Shown here: positions 57,494-64,000 of the stretch, piece by piece
Position numbering within the stretch: position 1 is the stretch's first letter
How the letters are laid out: every line of letters begins with the position of its first letter
From: an uncultured Bacteroidales bacterium
GTDB lineage: Bacteria; Bacteroidota; Bacteroidia; Bacteroidales; UBA10428
NCBI GenBank assembly: GCA_963705125.1
Contig: CAVPIY010000011.1
Location: 350,953 to 414,952, forward strand
Direction of reading: 5' to 3'
Length of the DNA stretch: 64,000 nt
Notes under the pieces: generated by a model
What the model was told of the DNA's origin: nothing
Seen by the model: only the letters and a program-made list of their open reading frames with translations
Databases searched by the model: none
Program-made: the position numbers and the translations under genes

Positions 57494-58745
57494 TCATTCT
57501 TATCCGGGGCACCAGCATATGAACTACCAATAAGGCAATCAGATATCCACTACCTGCAACCGCAAAAGGAATGGTGTATCCATCTGTTCCCAGGTTCTGC
57601 AGGACATGTCCAACCGTAACGGCCGCCAAGGCACCACCAATCGCACCAGCAAAGCCACCAAATCCGGCAATGGTGGCAGTGGCTTTCCTGGGGAACACAT
57701 CGGACATCAGGCTGAAGACATTGGCTGACCATCCACAATGTCCTCCGGCAGCAAGTGCAATGAGTGCTACCGCAAACCAGATATTATCTGTATGCGGAAC
57801 AAACACAACAGGTAGGGCTACCATGCCACAGATGAGCATGCTTATCTTCCGGCCCTTATTTATCCCCCACCCCATTTTCAAAAAACGCGATGAAAGCCAG
57901 CCCAGCGCGATACCCATGAGCCAGGAAACAGCATAAATGGTAAAAAAGGGCAGGCCTATTTCCCTGAGATTGATCCCGAATTTTGCATACAGGTATTTGG
58001 CTCCCCAAAACAGGTAAAACCACCAGATCGGGTCCGCAATGAACTTGGCAATGGCAATGGCCCATGTCTGACGATAAGCCACAATATCTTTCCAATCCGG
58101 TTTTTCAGCCGGTTCTTCAATATTATCACTTTGTATATGAATAAGTTCCAATTTTGAAACCCTGGGGTGAATTTCGGGCTTCCTGTACGATTTGAACCAG
58201 ATTATGGCCCATATCAGGCTTATGGGAAAGGTCCACAAAAAGCCAAGTCGCCAGTCGTTCCATGACAGTACGAGGGTTGGGATGATCAAGGGAGCAAGAA
58301 CCGTACCCATATTGGCACCGCCATTAAAAAGGCCGATCGCCAGGGCGCGTTCCTTTTTGGGAAACCACTCTGCTACCGCCTTGATCGCAGAAGGGAAGTT
58401 ACCGGACTGACCAATGGCCAGGGCAAACCTTGAAAAGGCAAAACCCACCCAGGTTCTTGCCAGGGCGTGAGCCAGGGTGGCAAGGCTCCAGATGCTGATG
58501 GATAACAGGTACCCTTTCCGCGTACCCATCCGGTCAACCAGGCTTCCCATAATCAGGAAACAAACGGCATAGGAAAGCATAAAAACACTGTTGATGATGC
58601 CGTATTGCTGCTCGGTCCAGCCAATCTCTGCCTGCAAATGGGGTGCGAGTATGCCCAGAGCTGACCGGTCAATATACAGGATTGTCGTTGCGACGAAAAG
58701 TAATCCCAGAATAACCCACCTGAAATGGGATTGCTTTTCTTTCAT
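57480..58745 (-). CDS. MFS permease (ACS/ExuT-like sugar-acid transporter type)
   Basis: Multi-TM hydrophobic profile. DRMGTRKG loop motif. 421 aa. Confidence 0.8.
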   Translation of the reverse strand: MKEKQSHFRWVILGLLFVATTILYIDRSALGILAPHLQAEIGWTEQQYGIINSVFMLSYAVCFLIMGSLVDRMGTRKGYLLSISIWSLATLAHALARTWVGFAFSRFALAIGQSGNFPSAIKAVAEWFPKKERALAIGLFNGGANMGTVLAPLIIPTLVLSWNDWRLGFLWTFPISLIWAIIWFKSYRKPEIHPRVSKLELIHIQSDNIEEPAEKPDWKDIVAYRQTWAIAIAKFIADPIWWFYLFWGAKYLYAKFGINLREIGLPFFTIYAVSWLMGIALGWLSSRFLKMGWGINKGRKISMLICGMVALPVVFVPHTDNIWFAVALIALAAGGHCGWSANVFSLMSDVFPRKATATIAGFGGFAGAIGGALAAVTVGHVLQNLGTDGYTIPFAVAGSGYLIALLVVHMLVPRIRMIEIR

Positions 58746-59818
58746 TTCACATTATCACTGAATTCTTTCCATTCCTTTTCAATATCAGACGCGGTAAAGC
58801 TGTTTCCCGACTTGATATACAATCTGTGTCTAAACGTAACTGATTCACCCTGCTTCAGTTTAAAATTCAATTCCTCCTTTCCCTGCGTGAAATCCTTTAC
58901 ACCAAAAGGATTTGCTGAAAAGAGTCCATAGTCACGTGCATGCCAGTAAGTAGGATAATTCAGGTTTGAAGGATGGTCCATAAACACTATGGATACTGTA
59001 TCTGCTCCGGATATCCCATATAGCTTCATCCACCTGGCTCTGGTGCCCCATACGCCTGCTCCTTCAACCCCTTCACTGCTCAGATAATTGCCATTCACGC
59101 CTTCATTGTTCATGACAGGGATTTTGGTGGCCATTCCATGAGCATCTGTGAATATCTTCGGTTCTTTTGCAGGGAATTCAAGAAATCTGGCTACCCGGAT
59201 GGCAAAGGCACCTTCTTTTGTGTCGGCAAAAGCAACATCCGGCACCTGTGCGGTAAGTGTTGTTACATGGTCAATGATCCGAAAATCCTTTCCCGCACGA
59301 AAGATATAGGTGGTGTTCTCGGTGATCGGAACAGAACCGTCCGGCCCTACCCATTCCTGATTGACAACGAGGATCCCTTTATCGGGAAGACTTGCCGTAC
59401 TGTCGATGTTCTTAAACCGGATAATTCCGCATTTTGTTCTCATTTCAGCCGGCAGCCATTTGCTGTTTCCCCAGAAATCAATTCCATTCACATTGCCATA
59501 ATTGAACCAGTAACCGGTATGATGCGGATGGTCAATGACCTCACCCTCGCGCGGCGCAATGGGGAATCCCCTTGTTACGGTAATCCCGTCTGCCGCAACT
59601 ATAGGAAACAGGAAGGGCTTTTCAAATGTATCTGCATACATGTACGAAGTGAACAATGCATTCCCGGCCATCACGTCAACTTTCTTCATATCCGCAACAG
59701 GCTGGACTATTATCGGGATGGATTCAGTCTCATTTTGCACTTGTTTTGTATTGGATGCACAAGCCAGCGAAAGGATCACGATTACACACAGGCCAATCTT
59801 AACCAGTATTCTATTCAT
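58742..59818 (-). CDS. DUF6807-like (PmoA-family annotation) lipoprotein
   Basis: Lipoprotein signal (LSLACAS). VIDHPHHTGYWFNYGNVNG motif. ATGA overlap with the MFS start. Confidence 0.55.
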   Translation of the reverse strand: MNRILVKIGLCVIVILSLACASNTKQVQNETESIPIIVQPVADMKKVDVMAGNALFTSYMYADTFEKPFLFPIVAADGITVTRGFPIAPREGEVIDHPHHTGYWFNYGNVNGIDFWGNSKWLPAEMRTKCGIIRFKNIDSTASLPDKGILVVNQEWVGPDGSVPITENTTYIFRAGKDFRIIDHVTTLTAQVPDVAFADTKEGAFAIRVARFLEFPAKEPKIFTDAHGMATKIPVMNNEGVNGNYLSSEGVEGAGVWGTRARWMKLYGISGADTVSIVFMDHPSNLNYPTYWHARDYGLFSANPFGVKDFTQGKEELNFKLKQGESVTFRHRLYIKSGNSFTASDIEKEWKEFSDNVK

Positions 59819-59854
59819 GGTATTATTTTTTTAAATTATTAAATAATCTAACAA

Positions 59855-61237
59855 TCACACATTTTCAGGCAGAACAAAGGGTTTCCGGTATTCCTTGGTC
59901 AGCATCCTGCCGGCGTCGGGATCGTTAATTACCTGCATGGTTTTGGGATCAAATTCGAAAGATCTTCCCAGCTTGTAAGATATATTGCCAAGATGAACCA
60001 GGGCACAGCTATAAAAGCCTTCTTCGATGGGAGCGGTCAGCAAAGCCGGATCATTTGCCCGGATAGCATCGGTAAAATTCTGGTAGTGATTCCCGATTCC
60101 CATGCCTGATTCACCGGGTACACGCTCCTTACCCATAAAGGTTTGCCAGTGGCTGACATCCTTCTGCATATAACCCTTGGAACCATAAAAGATATTCCCG
60201 ACCACATTTGCCGAACTGGTCATATAGGTATTCGTTTTGCTTTCTTCCAGCCCCAGATGATCCCCTTCGGGATTTGTCATCCAATGGCGGGTTTCAAATT
60301 CTAGTATTTTCTTTTTATCACCCGCTCCGTCCGGATTTGAAAATTCAAATACGGCCATGAGGGTATTGGGTGTTTCCTGGGCATCCTTGAACATGAAGTG
60401 TCCTCCCATTGCAGTTATCCTGGTTGGTAACTGTACCCCCAGACCCCAGCGTGCAATATCCATTTCATGTACACCCTGATTGCCCATGTCGCCATTTCCA
60501 TAATCCCAGTGCCAATGCCAGTTGTAATGAAAGCGGTTGATGTTGAAGGGCCTCTCGGGTGCAGGTCCGAGCCAAAGATCATAATCCACTTTTCGCATGT
60601 ACTCCTGTGTATAAGGTTCCCTGGGACCATCAGGGAACTGTCCGATTGTATCCCGCCATTTGTAGCAAACTCCTTTGGCAAGATATACCTCCCCGAGTTT
60701 TCCGTCGGACATGAATTTTACAGCCGATTGGGAACAGGGATTGCTGCGTTGCTCCGCTCCATCCTGCACCACTTTTTTGTATTTCCGGGCAGCTTCGACA
60801 AGTTTTTTCCCTTCGTGAAAGGTATGACAGCAGGGTTTTTCCACGCTGACATGTTTGCCGGCCTGAATAGCCCAGATCGATGCCAGTGCATGCCAGTGGT
60901 TGGGTGTGGCAATGGATACCGCATCAATATCCTTGTTCTCGATCAGTCTTCTCAAATCGGCGAACAGAAGCGGCTGACGCAGTCCTTTATCTGCATACTG
61001 GCTCTTCAGACGCTCAGCAAAAAGGTTTTCATCTACATCACACAGTGCAACCACTTCCACATCCTTCAATGCCTGGTACTCGGCAATGTGCCCCAGTCCC
61101 TGCCCCCGGATGCCTATTACAGCAATATTAATCCGGTCATTTGCACCTTTCCAGCCCGAACCGGGCAGAATTATTGGAGCTGCTCCAATGGCTACTGAGC
61201 TCTTGGCGGATATTTCCAGGAATTTTCTTCGTTTCAT
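59855..61237 (-). CDS. Gfo/Idh/MocA-family oxidoreductase with twin-arginine signal
   Basis: KRRKFLE Tat motif. Rossmann motif IAVIGIRGQG. 460 aa. Confidence 0.8.
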   Translation of the reverse strand: MKRRKFLEISAKSSVAIGAAPIILPGSGWKGANDRINIAVIGIRGQGLGHIAEYQALKDVEVVALCDVDENLFAERLKSQYADKGLRQPLLFADLRRLIENKDIDAVSIATPNHWHALASIWAIQAGKHVSVEKPCCHTFHEGKKLVEAARKYKKVVQDGAEQRSNPCSQSAVKFMSDGKLGEVYLAKGVCYKWRDTIGQFPDGPREPYTQEYMRKVDYDLWLGPAPERPFNINRFHYNWHWHWDYGNGDMGNQGVHEMDIARWGLGVQLPTRITAMGGHFMFKDAQETPNTLMAVFEFSNPDGAGDKKKILEFETRHWMTNPEGDHLGLEESKTNTYMTSSANVVGNIFYGSKGYMQKDVSHWQTFMGKERVPGESGMGIGNHYQNFTDAIRANDPALLTAPIEEGFYSCALVHLGNISYKLGRSFEFDPKTMQVINDPDAGRMLTKEYRKPFVLPENV

Positions 61238-61248
61238 GGTTGATGGTT

Positions 61249-63651
61249 TTATTGCTTTGGTAAAAAATGCTTACGCTTCACTACTTTACTGATTCCCGCA
61301 AGCATAATTGCATTGCTTTGCATCGGTGCAGAGACAACAACGCCATAGTCCTGTTGCTGAGCCTGATAATGCAGTGAACCCTGAAGATTAACCTCCTTTA
61401 TCCTTTTACCAAATCTGGGATTCACCCATTCAAAGGCGAAGAAGGTTACCGGATTCTTTTGCTCTTCAGGAGAGCATCTGATCGGGTCAGCCATATAGCA
61501 ATAGGCATTCTGGGCTGAACCGGTATCTCCTTCACGCGTATCCAGGCTCTTTTCTCCTCCCGGGTTCCACTCCAGAATATTTACACCATATTGAATGGGA
61601 ACAATTACCTTATATCCATCCTCATAAATGATTTCATACCAACCCAGAAGATCAGATGAATCGAAGAAATTCGGAATATTGAAATAGGCTTTCTGATTTC
61701 CGGCAGGCATGGCGCAGGCTTGAAGAAATATCAGGCTGCTTACATCCTCATTGACCACTATACTGCTGACCTTACCCGGAATCTGAACCTTGTCAGTGCC
61801 TTCAGAACCTACCGCGATCAAAGAGTTTCCGGAAGTTTTTGCAGGATTGACCAGATCAAACAGCATAGACCTGTTTCTAACCTGTCCTGACTTAAGGGTG
61901 CCCAGGTCCATATTGAAAACGCCTGAATTTGCCTTCAGATTAACATAGGGAGAAATATTCACCGGTATAACAGGATCACCATCCCCGCTTGGTATTCTTC
62001 CGCCATGCAAAGCAGAGCGGACGTTGTACATGGATTCCCTGACTATCTCTCCCAATTCGAGTTGGTTGATTGTATGTGTTGACCACAACAGGTTTGAACA
62101 ACCCAGATAATCCAGTATCAGATCTTTGCCAAAATTGAATTCATTTGTGGATGCCCATGCGGAAGGAGCACCCCCCGTTATCCTGACTCTCTTGATTCGC
62201 TCGTCCCAGTTGCTGATCGTCGGGGTAAAGTTCCCATATATCTGTGTAAATCCGAAATTATGGAGATCCATTTCCTTTACCTCATCATCCCAGAACCAAT
62301 TAAAAATCAAAATATCTTTGGGTATAGATTCCCTGACTACCTCAGGCCGCACTGCCCCGGGAGTCTGGTATTTCTTTCCCAGTGAAGATATCCTGTTCTG
62401 AACCAGTGTATCACGCACGCTTTCAAGCAAATAATCACCCCACATGGCAATCTTGATACCCTTATCGGCAAAATACCGGTGTATTTTATTCACATCCCCG
62501 GCAAACAGAAGTGAATGATCCTTGCCTTTGCAGCGCGGACATACACCGATTGGTGCACCCCACCACTCATCATGTCCGATGTGGACCATTTTTGGCTTGA
62601 TAACATCCATGTATTCATCATATACATCAAACATCAGATCATAGGAAGCCGGATTTGACGGACAATAGGTATCCGGCCAAATATCACGGGGGTATTCGGC
62701 CAGTTCAGGGTGCCGTGTGAGCAAATAATATCCGTGTGTAAGGGAAGGGATTTCAGGAATAACCTCAATGAAATTCTGGTTAGCATATTGTACAATATCC
62801 CGTACATCATCCTTTTCGATGATATAACCATCGCCGGCATCATAATGGCTGGAGTTCTTTTCTTCGCCATGCAAACCCAAAGTTGAATTTGACCGGGAAT
62901 ACTGCATGTATTTTGAAAACTCAATCCACCCGGCATTGACCTCCGGATGTTTGTCAAGCCGCATGCAGTTCACTTCCATGATCACCTTGTTATACTTGTA
63001 AAGTGCCATAAAATCCTTCAGGAACCGCTTGAAAAAGGCAATATTTTCCGGGCCGGGAACATAGAGCCTGATTCCCCGGAAAGGCATATTTGGCCAGTCC
63101 CTTAATTTTACCCCTTGCACAGTCCTGCCATTGCCGTGCTGAATAAGTTGCCGCAGGCTTTGCAATCCGAAGAATGCACCGGGATCATCCCATCCGCCAA
63201 TGATGATCTGATTTCCACTGACCTGCATGATGTATCCCTCTGGACCGGGACTCTTTGCCGTGATTTCGAGGTTATTATCCAGACAATATTGCTTAATCAG
63301 CGGATTACCTGCAGAACCCATTACGATGATTTTTTTACTTTTTGGTATAACCGAGCCTGTTTCAATCGGCAATGCCAGACTGTACTTTGCGCTCAGCTCT
63401 CCGACCAGAAAACGGGCAAGCGCCATGTCCTTCTCACTGGCATTTTCAGGTACAAGAATGGTTACTTTTTCGTCCAGAGAAAATACATCTTTCGTAACCT
63501 GCATTTCCTGCGGAATGGGAAATATCAAGGTTTCGGATACCCTTATCTGAGCAGAGCCCGTACCTGAGATCCCGGATAGGATCGCAAATAAAATCATATT
63601 GAATCCATTCATTCTTCTTTTCATGTTTATATATTTTATAGTTAATTTCAT
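61249..63651 (-). CDS. GH20-like glycoside hydrolase (800 aa)
   Basis: Signal peptide. GH20b-like N-terminus. HIGHDE followed by CPRCKGK, parallel to HIGGDE...CPRCK in 4637-6814. The ATG at 63624 may be the true start. Confidence 0.6.
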   Translation of the reverse strand: MKLTIKYINMKRRMNGFNMILFAILSGISGTGSAQIRVSETLIFPIPQEMQVTKDVFSLDEKVTILVPENASEKDMALARFLVGELSAKYSLALPIETGSVIPKSKKIIVMGSAGNPLIKQYCLDNNLEITAKSPGPEGYIMQVSGNQIIIGGWDDPGAFFGLQSLRQLIQHGNGRTVQGVKLRDWPNMPFRGIRLYVPGPENIAFFKRFLKDFMALYKYNKVIMEVNCMRLDKHPEVNAGWIEFSKYMQYSRSNSTLGLHGEEKNSSHYDAGDGYIIEKDDVRDIVQYANQNFIEVIPEIPSLTHGYYLLTRHPELAEYPRDIWPDTYCPSNPASYDLMFDVYDEYMDVIKPKMVHIGHDEWWGAPIGVCPRCKGKDHSLLFAGDVNKIHRYFADKGIKIAMWGDYLLESVRDTLVQNRISSLGKKYQTPGAVRPEVVRESIPKDILIFNWFWDDEVKEMDLHNFGFTQIYGNFTPTISNWDERIKRVRITGGAPSAWASTNEFNFGKDLILDYLGCSNLLWSTHTINQLELGEIVRESMYNVRSALHGGRIPSGDGDPVIPVNISPYVNLKANSGVFNMDLGTLKSGQVRNRSMLFDLVNPAKTSGNSLIAVGSEGTDKVQIPGKVSSIVVNEDVSSLIFLQACAMPAGNQKAYFNIPNFFDSSDLLGWYEIIYEDGYKVIVPIQYGVNILEWNPGGEKSLDTREGDTGSAQNAYCYMADPIRCSPEEQKNPVTFFAFEWVNPRFGKRIKEVNLQGSLHYQAQQQDYGVVVSAPMQSNAIMLAGISKVVKRKHFLPKQ

Positions 63652-63743
63652 TTAATGCTTATTCTGATTCCAATTCCCTTACAGAATCTTCCTTCAGCAT
63701 CAGAATTATTCTTCCTCTTATCTTCCTTCTTGAATCTACCTTC

Positions 63744-64000
63744 TTAAATCTTTCTGTACCAGGGTAAGCGTTCGATGGGTACTTCAATTTTAACCTTGAC
63801 AGGGCCTGTGACTATACTGCCATCATCACCCTGCCATTTGCCTCCGGGAATGACGACTTCCCTGGACCTTTGGCCCTTCACTACAACCGGTGCAACCAAG
63901 ATCTTATTGCCAAGCAGGAACTGATCCTTAATTCCAGCATATCCCTGACCCGGATATTCATATTCCAGGTTACGTACCATGGGCTCTCCTGAAACAGCAC
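63744..64000 (-). CDS. GH31-family glycoside hydrolase, C-terminal part only (5' end beyond the window)
   Basis: SGEPMVRNLEYEYPGQ...FLLGNKILVAPVV pattern is typical of GH31. The frame is open to the window edge. Confidence 0.65.
   Translation of the reverse strand, partial: AVSGEPMVRNLEYEYPGQGYAGIKDQFLLGNKILVAPVVVKGQRSREVVIPGGKWQGDDGSIVTGPVKVKIEVPIERLPWYRKI

Noticed and set aside
1-64000. An alternative genetic code as the explanation for the in-frame TGA and TAG.
   Set aside because: Both codons terminate multiple full-length, homology-consistent genes here, and the other disruptions are frameshifts. Pseudogenisation or assembly error fits better.

Overview
This 64-kb segment looks like a Bacteroidota chromosome: SusC/SusD pairs, many lipoprotein signals and almost no Shine-Dalgarno sites. 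It is dominated by glycan-utilisation genes. There are two paralogous triads of SusC, SusD and a VCBS/FG-GAP ASPIC-UnbV lipoprotein (one SusC is frameshifted), plus a third, inverted VCBS paralogue. Hydrolases include two GH20-type hexosaminidases, four DUF4091/GH123-like proteins, and DUF4832-, DUF4838- and GH31-type enzymes. There are four Tat-signal Gfo/Idh/MocA oxidoreductases (one interrupted), two xylose-isomerase-like TIM-barrel proteins, a Tat-signal enolase-superfamily protein, a DegT aminotransferase, a threonine aldolase, a NagB-like deaminase, an MFS permease and a URO-D-family protein. The likely theme is breakdown of amino-sugar (HexNAc)-rich glycans with a periplasmic oxidative branch. 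I saw no rRNA, tRNA, CRISPR or cas genes. The most unusual content is non-coding: at least four families of palindromic, MITE-like repeats fill nearly every sizeable intergenic gap. The dominant family (GTCATTGCGAG ... GAAGCAATCT ... AGATTGCTTC ... CTCGCAATGAC) occurs at six loci, always in the same orientation, with tandem stutter of its left arm. At two loci the loop of this nested palindrome carries a ~100-aa stand-alone GIY-YIG nuclease gene. That is an autonomous-element/MITE (REPtron-like) relationship which, to my knowledge, is not described for this nuclease family; it is my top candidate. Several genes are disrupted: two by in-frame stops, three by 1-nt frameshifts (one gene carries two) and one by truncation. 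All family names come from motif recognition by eye; no searches were run, so product calls are provisional.
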